Source: Eledone cirrhosa (Eukaryota). Taken from it: a stretch of 64,000 nucleotides of DNA. The notes under the pieces are model-generated. The model did not search any database, was not told the DNA's origin, and saw only the letters and a program-made list of their open reading frames with translations. Each line of letters opens with the position of its first letter. Within the stretch, counting starts at the first letter, position 1. The stretch covers positions 19,034,001-19,098,000 of the forward strand of contig OZ024746.1 in NCBI GenBank assembly GCA_964016885.1. Reading direction: 5' to 3'. Of this stretch, positions 10,731-23,610 are shown in pieces. Made by a program: the position numbers and the translations under genes.

Positions 10731-12659
10731 GACCAACACTGAACACATGCATACAAACTAGCATCTTTGTAAGAAAAGACGCTTTAAGGAGTTCATAGAA
10801 ATGACTGGTATTTAAACAGCAGCTATTTTGTTAAAAGGCTTTGGATTAAGATGATTACATCTATTATTAATTCATAATGTACTACACAGCATTCTTATTT
10901 TGGAAAATTTGAAATATAAAGCATACCCATTTTTATTAAATATAGGTTTTATTTTTCCATGGGCAGAAAAATAGATTAGCTGAGACCTAGTCTGTAGCTA
11001 TAAGTTATGAATCATTGTGGACAGAAAATTGTTTTTTCTTTCTCTGGTGAAGGTCTATCTAACAAACCTGATCAGATTGATCCCATATCAATTTGTCCCT
11101 CAGAGGGATAAACATTTGTTGGAAATATTTTCAAGGGAATGCATAAATAACACAAACGACAATGTAGTAAATATAGAGAAACAGTGTTTCATTCTGAAAT
11201 AATCACTCAAGATATTCTTTTTACTGTTACACATCCTAAAAATAGGAATAACCATGTTATTTACTTTTTACAGAAAAAGTAAAAGTGTATGTTTATTAAA
11301 AAAAAAAAAGGGTGGAACTTACATTTCAAATAACCATATTTATGCAAAACAAAACGTTTCTAAACATTATTGAAATTGATGTATTAATCATTTGGAACTT
11401 GTAACATTTGAAAAAAGCCAGACTGTAATCAAGTCGTTTAGTCCAAATTTCGTACTCCATGCTTATTTTTATCAAGGATGAGTTTATTGACTCAGTTTAT
11501 TGAAAGAACACTGGCTACTGCCATATACTTCAATAAATGTCACTTTATACTGAAGATTTGGCTTACATCCTAAAATCTGCAATAATAAAGTGTTCAATAT
11601 AGAGATAAAAAATATAAACTAATATAGCATACCAATTCTTTTATCTGTATTGTATTATGATATTAAGGTTAACATAAAAATAACCTTGATAAATAAATTA
11701 AATCATAAAGATGAGCACATTAAGAAAAATGGTACTAATTTTAAATTCAGAATCTAAAACTAATATGGTTCTTATTTAGTTTTATCCATTTTACCCTATT
11801 TTAGAAGATAAGAATATTATAAGCAATGAAGACCAAATCAATAACTGTAGAAGTCCAGGAGCTGATTATAGGGAAAGAAAGAAAGAATCCAAATGTGAAA
11901 GATTGACGAGTATCAAAGGAACTTTCCTTCACCAACATTAATTACCGTTATACATACTGAGAAGAAAAATATAGTAAAATTTAAAAAAATAAATTTTAAA
12001 AAAAAATGGGCTTTTTTTTTACTTTTTATTTTTATAAAGCAAGAAAAATCTTTAAAAATTAGGAATTGAAATAGAAGCTTTGCCATAATATTTTGACTGA
12101 ATAATATCAGTATGTGTGCTGATACCCATCTTTTTCCATTTAGTCAAAATATTACAGCAAAGCTTCTATCTCTATTTCAATTCTAAACTTCACTCGCCAT
12201 GTTCCAAAACATACTTCCTTTATAAGAAAATTAATTCTACCTTACACTATTTTTTTAAATACCCTATAAAAAAACAAAAACCTACCACCACTTCACATCA
12301 ACTGTAGTAAAGAGCAAAATATGGTTTTCAGCATGTCTTTTACATCCTAAAGTCATAGATTGCTATTTTAGTACAATATAACTTTGAGGTTTAATTCTCA
12401 CAGATCCATTGAAATATGCATATTTTTTATGGTTTTATTATAATCTATTTGATTGCTCTTTCTTGTTTTACTAAGATCTGTTCTTTCTAAGTCAAAAATG
12501 TTTTTTATGTGTCAGTTGAATCTAGAGACAATGAATGGTGACTATTAATTAACAGTCATTGTCTTTTTATGAGTTGTCCATGTGAATTATCATAGTAATT
12601 ATATAGCGCGTGTGTGTGTGTGTGCGTGTGTAATAGTATCTTTAAATAAGTTTGCTATA

Positions 12660-13160
12660 TATCATCATCATCATCATCATTTAACATCCATTCTTCCTAC
12701 TAACAAGAGCTGGACAGGTCATTGCTACTGACTTCTCAGATTGGCCAGAGGGCAACATCATGCTTACACATATTCCTGCATTCTACTGAGTGCCCCAGGT
12801 GCATTTTGTTGTGACACGAGAATGAGGGAGGTTGTCTTTAACACAACTGAAGAGCCCTCCCAAGTTTTCTATGGTTGGATGCCCTTATCACCAACTACTG
12901 GATCACTGACCACTTTACAGAGCATGCTGGGTGAGTTTATTGTGTCACCAACACCAGAGAGTGGAGGCTCATGACCTAATGGCAAGGGTGTTGCACTTAT
13001 GACCATAATGTAGTGGGTTCAATACCCAGTATACTCAGCAGAAATGAGCCCCAGCAACAGTTGCTGGTGGTTTAACCTTGTGAGGGACTGGCATCCTGTA
13101 CAGGGAAGAGTCTTGTATTCCCAGTCGCTTCATGCCACAAAAACCAGAATAAACACCGGC
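12660..13160. mobile_element. SINE cluster: (GAT)n-tailed SINE on minus, followed by CORE-type SINE pieces on plus
   Basis: Family motifs shared with other copies in the window. Confidence 0.65.
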
Positions 13161-13662
13161 TCCCTCTACTCTATGGTGAAAAAGGAAGTAAGAAGGAAGA
13201 TAAGGTAGGAGAGGTGAGTCTATTTGGAGTCTGACTATTTTAGCAACCATTAATATAGAAGTGTATACGCATTCAAAATACCAACTGGTTGTGTTCTAGT
13301 TGTGCAGATTTCAATTAAATTATTTGTTCATACTGGAATGAATGAAAGTTTACAAGCAAAGGCTTTTAGTAGAATTATATTAACTAAACTATCATTAGTT
13401 TAAACTCCAGATGTTTTTCCTGTCATTCAATACTGAACATTATTTACCACCAGTAAAATATTTTTTATTACTTTCTTCTTTCTTAGATACTGGTCTCTGC
13501 TGACCTACAAATATTGACATCAATTCACACCACTAACATTGTGTTACCTTTAGACAAAACATTACTCACATTACTCATTCTATAAGAATCTCCAAATAGT
13601 TTATACATTCAGTATGTAAAATCTCCAACAATGCTACTGTTGCTTTATAAATCTATTTAAAC

Positions 13663-14025
13663 CATTGGTTCCCAACATTTTGTACACCATGCCCCACCTC
13701 AACATCTCAAAACCAGTGGTACCCAACCTTTTGTGTACCATGCCCCACCTCAACATCTCAAACATTGTAATGTCCTCATCCCAACTCCCTGATATAAAAA
13801 CAGTGATGATCAACTGCAAACTGTAAACAGATTGGCATATAGGTGGTGTCAGATACACAATAACGTGTGAAGGAGGAAGTGAGACAGGAGTTTCCAACAG
13901 TAGTATGTACCAAAGTTGCTTTGGTGTAAAAGTAATAAGGTAAAACCTGAAGTTTGTTCTCATTAACATCATTCCAAATTGCACCCCTTAAATATTCAAA
14001 TTGTGCCCCACGATGGGAATCAGTA
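13663..14025. mobile_element. hAT-like MITE remnant with a duplicated 51-bp 5' end
   Basis: CAGTGGT(T/A)CCCAAC-type terminus twice (13663, 13714); degenerate opposite end tgggaatcagt. Confidence 0.5.
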
Positions 14026-15009
14026 ATTTAAACATAAAATTGATTTCTTTTTTCAAAGTAAAGAGTCTTAGAAGCAAAGGGTTTTAGAGGTAAAGGGTCT
14101 GAGGTTTATAAGAGAGGGGAACAATCAGACAATATATTTTCTTATATATTCCCCACTTGTCCTCCTCCTCCAGGAAGGCTGACATTTCTCAAGAGCAGTA
14201 AATAAAAATATAAATGTCACTCATCTAACACCAAGCCTCACTTTCAAAATATTCTCAGCTATATTCCTAAGTCATTAAAATTTCCAAAGCCAGCACAATT
14301 ATATTTATACCCGTTACCTCTAAATTTCAATGTAGTTAATTGCTTTTGTACACAAGACAAGAACTACAATAGGTCTTACTAGAGCCATATATTTTTATAC
14401 TTGAAGTACATATGTATTAACCATAGCATTTTTAACATTTTGTTTTTATCAATCCTCTTATTATATTAGTGACAGATATTTTAAGTTACCACTTCTCTAC
14501 TAACCAGACAAATGTAGCTTTTTTGAAAGCCTTCAGTGAAAGCTACTGTCACTAATTGTAGACAACCTTTACTGTGTTCCTTCTCGACCTTTTTGGAGGT
14601 AGCTTATTGAATTAATGACAGACTGAAGGTTTGCTTCAGGCTATAATATCACTTCCAAGCAGTTATTTATTTATTTATTACTGCTTGCATGGAATTCATT
14701 AAAACAATTCATAAACATTACCTGCCAAGTACATACATGTACAATACCTGATTATATAAGCTGACAAACATTAAAAATGTTAACTATTTGCTGTAAAGTC
14801 TCATGGTTGTCCAAATCTAGTTCATTGTTTTGTCATAAAGAATAATCTGTTTGTCCGTTTCAAGGGAAGTTTTTAGCTATGTCAGCCACAATCTTTACCC
14901 TTTACAGGCCTAACGATGCAAGTTAAAACTTAGTAATTTCTAGTCCTTCAATTTTGTAAGTTAAGCAATTCAATTTTATAAAATTATTCTAAGTATTTAA
15001 GGATATATA

Positions 15010-15665
15010 GGTAGGAAAAACAGTCAGCCCATCAAGGATTGTTGCTGAAATGATTAAACTATCGGGTGGAACAGGTCACAACATAGTGACATGCATAGTG
15101 AACCAGGTAATTCAGGAAGGTGTCATACTCAATGACTGGCATAGCAGCAACATTGTCAATTGCTACAAGAGCAAAGGAGATGCACTAGAGAGAAGCAATT
15201 ACAGAGGTATTAAATTGTTAGATCAGGTTATGAAGGCCACAGAAAGAATTACTGCACAACTAATTAGAGATAGAATTAATCTTGATGAGATGCAGTCTGG
15301 CTTTCTGCCCATGAGAAGCATTAAAGATGCCATCTTTCTAGTTAGGCAGTTGCAGGAGAAATATTTAGCTAACAATAAGCTTCTACATCTAGCATTCACC
15401 AAGGCCTTTGTCAGAATTCCTGATTCTGTAATTTGGTGATCTTTTAGGAAGTTAAGGATAAAGGAATGGCTTGTAAAGGCTGTACAAGCTATTTAAAGAG
15501 GTGCAACCAGCAAGGTAAGTATTGGCAATGAGTACAGTGATGAGTTTAATGTGCAAGTCGGAGTCCATCAAGGCTCATTCCTTAGCCCTCCTGTTCATTA
15601 TAGTCCTTTGAGCCATAATAGAAAAAAACCCTGACTGGTTGTCTGTGGGAGCTCCTGTATTGTCA
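15010..15665 (+). mobile_element. RTE-clade LINE reverse transcriptase fragment (pseudogenised)
   Basis: ORF 15050-15439 YKSKGDALERSNYRGIKLLDQVMK...DAIFLVRQLQEKY...KAF; continues past stops to VGVHQGS.LSP and WELLY. Confidence 0.92.
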
Positions 15666-15711
15666 TTCTTGTTAGGATAGCAAAATGCTTGTAAGTCCAT
15701 TAAATTGTTTA

Positions 15712-15892
15712 ATAATTGTTTTTACTTTTGGCACAAGGCCAGCAATTACCCAGTGCATTACTGGTACTTTATTTTATCGACCCCGTAAGGATGAAAGGCA
15801 AAGTTAACCTCGGCGGGATTTGAATTCAGAATGGCAAGGGCCGTAACTATGCGTCAAAGCATGGCGTACGACCCTCTACTGATACTGCCAAA
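15712..15892 (-). mobile_element. GCCTTTCATCC-domain SINE, short subfamily
   Basis: Close to the other short copies. Confidence 0.9.
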
Positions 15893-15989
15893 AACCGTGT
15901 CTAAACTTTCATTATATATATGTGTGAGTGTATGTGAGGTTTATATCGTGGAATGAGAGGTAGGCTGTGTGATACCTGCAAAGGCTGGA

Positions 15990-16130
15990 GGGAAGTGAGG
16001 CCAGGGGCCAGTATGTGATGTAGAATGGGTGAGCTGAGAGAAGGACTCTGTATAGGAGAAATCTGATGTGGTATGGTGTACAAAAGAGAAAACTACGATG
16101 ATATGGGCATGTGATGCATGACAGCTGTAC
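15990..16130 (+). mobile_element. RTE LINE downstream fragment
   Basis: LREGLCIG...VQKRKLR*YGHVM matches the RL.W.GHV.R motif. Confidence 0.55.
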
Positions 16131-16329
16131 AAGGAGATGCAGAGAAATCTCTGGGTGGGGCTCCTGGAGTTGTCATTTCTCACCCTATTGTCCCTTTGAA
16201 ACCCACACCTGTCATCCTCCACCCATTGTCACTTAACCATAGCATCATATTTATCTTTCCTACCTCCTTCCTTCTTATACATCCCCATAGAGTAGAGAGG
16301 GCTCTTCAGTTGAGTTATTGATCAACAAT

Positions 16330-16900
16330 TTCCTTAGAGCTGGTAACATGATACAATGCACCCAGTACACCCTGTAAAGTGGTTGGTGATAAGAAGGGCA
16401 TCTAGTTGTAGAAACCATTCCGAAAGAAAGGGATGAGAGGACTTCAGTTGCACCAAGGGTAAAACAGTCTCTCTAGTATTGGTGACATGATAAAACACAC
16501 ACAGTACACTCTATAAAGTAGTTGATGATAAGAAAGGCATCCAGTAGTAGAAACCATGCAAACTTGGTCAAGAGGACTCTAGAGTTGTGTAAAGGGCACA
16601 ACACCCTCTCAAGGGTTAGTGACATGATAAAACACCCCTAGTACACTGTAAACCAGTTCGTGATAGGAAGAGTGTTCAACCATAGAAAACATGCCAAACA
16701 AAGAGTAGAGAGGACTCTTCATTGTATCAAAGACATGAGGACTCCCCCAAGTACTGATTGCACAATAAAATGCACAGCACATGCTGTAGAGTGCAGGAAT
16801 GCATGTAAAATGACATGCTGCCCATCTGAAAGATCAGTAGCTCTGATTAAATATTGACTTGGTCCGTGATGACCTGGCTAAGTAAATGATGATGAAGGTA
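16330..16900 (+). mobile_element. (GAT)n-tailed SINE-like element built from about 3.3 tandem 138-bp modules
   Basis: Modules start near 16341, 16480, 16617 and 16755 (tggtgacatgataaaacacacccagtacac...). Confidence 0.7.
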
Positions 16901-17184
16901 CATAAATCAAAGAAATGGTGTGTGTGTGTGTGTGCGCGCGCGCACACACTCTAAGATTTCACAATTGCATTGCCAATCTTCTAAAAGTTTTGAAATATTG
17001 ATTCAGTGCAACTGAATCTTTAACTGAACATTGTGCTTCACAATACAATTAGGAATATTAAATCAATATATATTTCATTTTCTAAGTAATTTTAAAGGAA
17101 AAAAAAATCCTCCAAAGAAATAATTATAATATCAACAATTGCAATGTCAGAAGACTGGAGAAATAACGAGAAAGAAATACTTAC

Positions 17185-17235
17185 ACATGATATGCAGGGC
17201 TGGTACAAATTTGTCCTGAAGATGTATCTTCATAT
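17185..17235 (-). other. Candidate 51-nt internal exon
   Basis: Minus strand ttttttttcttttctag|ATATGAAG...TCATGT|gtaagt: strong acceptor and consensus donor; length is a multiple of 3. Confidence 0.55.
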
Positions 17236-17564
17236 CTAGAAAAGAAAAAAAAAAATGAATATATTATAAATCATGGTAAATCAAACCTAATAATTCTCCT
17301 AGTAAAAAGATAATTAACTAAGACAAAATATATTCTAGACCATTATCAATATTCTACTAGGAGTTGCAGCAGTAGATAGTATCAGCAATGGAAAAACTAA
17401 TGGAAACATTGTTTTCTTGGTCTGATCTGATAAAGTCCACCCCACTCAGTAAGGGAATAAGGTCTGGGATCTTGTCGATCAATTAATCAATCAATATTCT
17501 GGCTCTTTTCCTCTCAAACATACCAAATCACCCACCTTCTGTCTATTCAGAAACAAAGCTTAAT

Positions 17565-17905
17565 CATCATCATCATTTAATGTCTGCTTTCCCTGCTAGT
17601 AAGGATTGGACAGATTTACTTAGACCAAGTCAGTACTGAAGTGGGGCTACTGACCCCCCAGACAGGCAGGAGGGTCTGCATCCGGCTTACGTATTCTATT
17701 GAGTGCAGAAGAGAAGTTGACATAAACCAAAGGGTCCTCCCAGCCCCTTTTTTGGCAAGCTTTCTACAGTTGGCTGCCCTTCCTTCCACATGTCCATAAT
17801 ATCGGAACAGTGATCTCTCAATTCAGAGAAGTAGTGGCTCTACCTGTAGTGACTCTCTGATCACCAAGCTACACACTATCGAGTAACGTTACTCCAAGGA
17901 CCATT
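17565..17905 (-). mobile_element. (GAT)n-tailed SINE joined to an RTE LINE fragment (17785-17905)
   Basis: SINE tail motifs; the RTE part matches 54600-54720. Confidence 0.7.
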
Positions 17906-18359
17906 CGGAGGATCCCATGCTGTAAAAACTGTGACCCGTCCTGGGAGGTGTGGGAAGACACACACAGATTGCCTATCTTGAGACCCCAAAGAGAGTTCAG
18001 AAAAAAGCAAACCATAAAAATTAGAACCTGAAACATTACAAGCCTTACAAGTAAGGAGCAGGAATTGGTGGAGGAGGTTAGATGCTACTGAAGTCAATTT
18101 TATTCATCTATCCAAGTTATATCCAAGTACATATCAGTAAACAGCAGCAGGAATTGATTCCAAAATTGAAAGTTTTGAAACATTCATCATTTATATTTAG
18201 ACAATCAAGATTTTTTTAAAATATTATAACAAGAAAAATAAATATTTATCAAGCATCAAATTTCAGAATTTCATTTACTTTTTCGTGATTGTTTAGTTTA
18301 GTTATTAAATTAAATCAACAATTGCATTCACAAACTTTAGTCTGACAATATTTTGATAA

Positions 18360-18575
18360 TGGTTTCTGATTTAAGCACAAGGTCAACAATTTGGGTGGAG
18401 GGGAAAGTCATTTAAATCGATCCTAGTGCGTTACTGGTATTTTATACCAGTAACCCTGTAAGGATGAAAGGTAAAGTTAACTTTGGTGGGATTTGGACTC
18501 AGAACATAAACGACCTAATTGTATGCCACAAAGCATGTTCTTTGATGCTCTACCAATTTTGCCAATCCACCACAG
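18360..18575 (-). mobile_element. GCCTTTCATCC-domain SINE, long subfamily
   Basis: TSD-like acaatatttt(g/a)ataa on both sides. Confidence 0.85.
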
Positions 18576-18957
18576 TTACAATATTTTAATAACTACAGAT
18601 AATATATTTGGGAAGGTGGGTGGTCTGCAGTCAGTTTGCCAAATTTGGATGGTGGGTCGTGTGTTGGTATAACAGAAGTCATGAGTTGGTATTCGGTTTA
18701 GGAAGTTTTTCAGTGTTTTGTAGACCAATTGGAGCAATAAATATCTTATTTACATATATATGCACATTCAGTTTGAGAAAGTGTGTAGGCACAAACAATT
18801 GGAATGATATACATTTTAAAAGAAAATCTTTAAAATATATTTCAAATATTTGGAAGTTATTTTTGAACTTTCAAGACATTGAATGTTTTTTGGAGAACAA
18901 TTGAAATAACTTTAACAGATAATGTGCTGACTATTGTATTACAAAACAAACCAGGTT

Positions 18958-18988
<31 letters not shown>

Positions 18989-19304
18989 CATTTTCTAGGG
19001 CATAGTTATAGTATTACACTGCTCTTATACAAAAAAACAACAACCTTGAAATGAGAGAAAAATAAACATGATGTGTTTCAATAGAAACAAAAAGACAATT
19101 AAAAAATAAACGAAATGAAATAACAAAATTTAAGGAATTATTTTTTGTGTGTTTGTTTATTTTTGTAATAAAATATTCTCTACCATCATCACATAAATGT
19201 CTCTTTTTCCATGCTCACACAGGTTAGATGGGTTTAGTGTCACATATCTCCACTCAAATATTTTGAACATGGTTGCAAGCCTTTTATGCAATTTCTTCTA
19301 AGAT

Positions 19305-19650
19305 TGGAGGCACATGGCTTAGTGGTTAGAGCAGTGGTCTTGCAATCGAAAGGTTGTGAGTTCAATTCTCAGACCGGGTGATGTGTTCTTTCCTTGAGCA
19401 AGACATTTTATTTCACATTGCTCCAGTTTACTCAGCTGTAGAAATGAGATGATAGGGACTGGGGTCCATATCATTCCACTGCAAAGTGGTTGTGGAGGTG
19501 CCACGGCAAAAAAGAACCCAGCACTCACTGTAAATGAGGTTGGTGTTAGGAAGGGCATCCAGCTGTAGAAATCAAGCCAGCATCAGTTCCCGTCCCACCC
19601 TTGCAAGCAGGGAAAAGCGGACGTAAAATGAAATGATGATGAAATGATGA
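19305..19650 (+). mobile_element. CORE-type SINE with (GAT)n tail
   Basis: ggcacatggcttagtggtt A box, gagttcaattc B box, CORE, 3' gcggacgtaaaatg..gatgatg. Confidence 0.85.
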
Positions 19651-19664
19651 TTACAAATGGTTAC

Positions 19665-20050
19665 TAAAAGCTGGAAAGAAGATTACATAGAACCGACACT
19701 CACATGCTAAGAGTGGCTTTGAAATGTCACTTGGAGAGATTTTCTGGCCAATGGGCAACTGTATGGGAACCTTTGTCCAATATCAGACATCATCAAAGAG
19801 CATAGAGTCAGATTCACAGGGCATTGATGGAGAGGTAAAGACAAAATTGTTAGTGAAGTTCTTTTGTGGGATCCAACACAAGGAAGAGCTAGCAGAGGAC
19901 GACAAGAAAAGACCTATATCAAACAGATTTGTGATGACAAACAGCAACCCCTCTAATCTGCTGAATATAATGAACAATAGAATTGGATGGCAACAAAGAG
20001 TCAAGGGAATCCATGCAAATAGTGTGACCTATTGATTCTTTGATTGACTA
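19665..20050 (+). mobile_element. RTE-like LINE, 3' fragment
   Basis: MLRVAL..W...LYGNLCPISDIIKEHRVRFTGH*WR...EVLLWDPTQGRASRGRQEKTYI; (TTGA)n tail; further copies at 38890-39210. Confidence 0.8.
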
Positions 20051-20782
20051 AATATAGCTGAAAGTGAAACTAAAACTAAACATAGCCTGTGTAAATAATC
20101 ACTATATGGTAATAAGTATTAATAATGCATTTTCAATGGCAAAGAAATCTATATAAATGCAAAAGTTTGTTTGTCTTGAAATGTCACCATTTCTTAAACA
20201 ATCTTCACAAAATTTGCCACAGAAATCTCAGATTTCAGCATAATTAATTATCTAGAGCAACAAACTGTTTCCATTGGTCTTTCCATTGCTGATATCTGCC
20301 AGTTGCAACACTTGGCAGAATTTGAACTCAGAGTACACAAGACTGGATCAGATACCACAAAGCATCCTCTCTAACAATTCTATTCTGCCAATCCACTGCC
20401 CCTGGACTGGTATTTTATTTATCAATGATGTAAAGCAAAGTTGATCTTGGAGTACAGAGAGCTGGAACAAATACTGACACTCTAGTGACTGCCAACTTAC
20501 TGCCATTTAAGATTAACAACTAACAAAAAAAATATTCAGCAATTGGGCAACCAAGAACCACTCCTAATTGGTGAACAAAGGGAGATGGGAATACAATCTG
20601 ATAATTACTCACATAGACCATATTACAGTACATAAGAGAGATGCAGACCCCCTTGGCTTGTCTGGGAGGTCAATAGCCCTGCTTCAGTACTAACTTAGTC
20701 TATGTAGACCCATCCAACCCTTGCTAACAGGGAATGCTGATGTTAAATGATGATGATGATAGGCATGCTCTTAAACTATAAT

Positions 20783-20995
20783 GGTTTCTTATATAGGCAC
20801 AAGGCCAGCAATTTGGTGGGAGAGGGAAGTCGATTAAATCAACCCTAGTGCATGACTGGTACTTTATTTTATCGACCCCATAAGGATGAAAAGCAAAGTT
20901 AACCTCAGCAGGATTTGAACTCAGATCATAAAGGGTCATAACTGTGCTGCAAAGCATGGCGTCCAACCCTCTACCAATACTGCCAATCCACCGCC
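20783..20995 (-). mobile_element. GCCTTTCATCC-domain SINE, long subfamily
   Basis: Full length; flanked by cttaaactataat. Confidence 0.9.
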
Positions 20996-21008
20996 CTTAA
21001 ACTATAAT

Positions 21009-21192
21009 TGTTTCTACTTTAGGCACAAGGCGAGCAATTACCCAGTGCATTACTGGTACTTTATTTTATCGACCCCGTAAGGATGAAAGGGAAAGTCAAC
21101 TTCGGCGGGATTTGAACTCAGATCGTAAAGGGACATAACTCTGCTGGAAAGCATGGCGTACGACCCTCTACCGATACTGCCAATCCACCGCC
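21009..21192 (-). mobile_element. GCCTTTCATCC-domain SINE, short subfamily
   Basis: Full length; flanked by cttaaactataat. Confidence 0.9.
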
Positions 21193-21249
21193 CTTAAACT
21201 ATAATACCAGTTAAATATGTTCTTTACCACAACAGTTACAACATATCTC

Positions 21250-21630
21250 AGCATCAGCATCATTTAATGTCTATTTTTGCACACTTGCATGGGTTAGACA
21301 GGTCATGTTATGAGACAAGTCAAGCCTGCGGACCACATCATGCCCATGCGAATCTGTATTTTGGCTTGGTTTCTACAGCCAGATGCCCTTCCTAACGCCA
21401 ACCACAGTCTGAACAGGGTGCTTCTTATTGTAGTACCAAAATGACCACCTTACAGGGTGGACTGGGTGCTTTTTGTCATGTCACCAACACGACCCACCTT
21501 ACAGGGTGGACTGGGTTCTTTTTGTTGTGTCACCAACACAACCACCTTACAGAGTGAAGTGGGTATTTTTTGTTGTGTTACCAGTATGACCATCTTATAA
21601 GGTGGACTGGGTGCTTTTTGTTGTGTCATC
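21250..21630 (-). mobile_element. (GAT)n-tailed SINE with 4-5 tandem 48-bp modules
   Basis: ccaccttacagggtggactgggtgctttttg.. at 21445, 21494, 21542 and 21590. Confidence 0.75.
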
Positions 21631-22239
21631 TGAATCAAATTACTTCAGTACTCTATTATGTATATTTATAATGGTGCGCAAATCTAGTCATTATACCAAC
21701 CACAACAGCAAGCTTGCAACTACAACTGTCATGGTTGGTATAACAACAAAATACTTCAAGTAAACATTTCATTTCAATTCATATCCCAAACACTGAAAAT
21801 CAACTTCAAACAGGTCATAGCAATTCTCAGTTTAGTTTTCAAACCTACACCTTTATCACTCAAATGACATTTTTATATTAATGGTTTCTGATTTAAGCAC
21901 AAAACCAACAATTTTGGCAGAAGGGAAAGTCTATTAAATCAACCCCAGTGAGTTACTGGTACTTTATTTCATAAGGATAAAAGGCAAAGCTAACCTTGGC
22001 AGGATTTGAACTAAATAGTGCATTCGCCCCCTCCAATAAATCCAGCCTTGGTGTTGAATCCAAAGAAAACATGAAAACACCACACCTTTCTAAAAATATG
22101 TTTCCCACCTACTGCTAGTACTTTGTAGTATGGCTTTCAATAACGTTTTAGAAGTGTCTATAAAATATGGTTAGTAGAAACAGAAATCCTTAATATTTAA
22201 CTGATGAATCCCTCTCTTCACCTCCAACCCTACTATGCA

Positions 22240-22429
22240 TGAGAGTCAGCTGAAAAGTTCATAGGCTGACCAAGATACTCTCATGGAATGATCAAATGAT
22301 GTTTATTTTTCAACATAGTCCCTGGAAAGGAACAATGCAGTTATTAAAAAGAAGAGTTGAAATTAATGCAAGATTTCACAGCACTAGCATCACTCCATAG
22401 TTAGCCTATGAATTTTCAGCCTACCCTTG
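22240..22429. mobile_element. Mariner-type MITE
   Basis: TIRs tgagagtcagctgaaaagttcataggctgac / gttagcctatgaattttcagcctacccttg|ta; inverted sister copy at 36792. Confidence 0.8.
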
Positions 22430-22902
22430 TAGTTTGGAAGTTGTACATATTTTCAATTATATAAATTGTAAAAGAGTTAATGACGAAATAGCTCAGAACA
22501 ATAATAAATTTTATAACAGTTCCTTTTCTAAAACGAAATAATTTAAAACATTGATACTTTGCTTGGGGAATTATTCTCTCTATATGAACTGAGCAAAAAC
22601 TAGCATCGCCAATAATTTGATTGTTTATGCAATCATAAATACAATTTAAAATACTGTCAAATTGAATTCCTTATGGAAGGATTAAAAAAAAAATAGAAAA
22701 ATATTTTATTTCTTGATTGCCATAGTAAAAACACAAAACATTCTAAAAACTTTTTTTTTTTATTAAAAAGAAAAACACTGTAAACTAAAATTCCTTTTAA
22801 CCACATTCCCCAAAAAGTTAAGTTTTATAGGCTGTCATTTTTTCAATATTTAGTTTTAGACTATCCACAAATCTACAAAATGCTTAAGTAGCTAAATGGG
22901 AG

Positions 22903-22939
<37 letters not shown>

Positions 22940-23279
22940 ATTTCAAGAGTTGCTACTATCTCCTTAACACTTTTTTTTTAAATTGTATTCTCAGTCTAAA
23001 GCTCCAATTTAATTTCACATTGTTAAACTTGTGAACTCGGATAATATGGCAATATGCTGACAACTTGAACAATCAAAATGACTTTTGATGATACAACAAT
23101 ATATAATGCTTGCTACAATTTCAGAAGGCAAAGTATTGTCTTGGAAACTAACCAGGTTAGCTGTTTTCAAACACATTAACATATATTGAAAATCCTTTTT
23201 CCAAAAATTACTTTGTACTAGCGTTGTTAACTATTGTAAACTGGACATTTTATATAAAGGTTTGGGAAGATTGTTTGGT

Positions 23280-23610
23280 TATGTGAAGGACATGACAACC
23301 TCCTTAGTGTAGGTGATATACACAATAAACACACCCAGTACATGCTGTAAAGTGGTAGGAGAGATATCCAGCCCTAGAAAGCTTGCCAAACAAGGGGTTA
23401 GGAGGATCTTTGAGTTGAAGAGAAGTTGTGTCAAAAGACACAACTTCTCTTCTGTACTCAATAGAACATGATTGTACGTAAGCAAGATGCAGACACACTG
23501 GCCTGTCTGTGAGGTGGGTAGCCCCACTTCAGTACTGACAGTCTATGTAGACCTGTTCAACCCTTGCTAGCAGGGAAAGCAAACATTAAAATGATGATGA
23601 TGGTGAATGA
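23280..23610 (+). mobile_element. (GAT)n-tailed SINE-like element
   Basis: Homologous to 37430-37780 and 58800-58975. Confidence 0.75.

Noticed and set aside
15050-15439. Functional reverse transcriptase gene
   Set aside because: Truncated, with a deletion in the F.DL.KAFD motif, downstream stops and no intact YADD.
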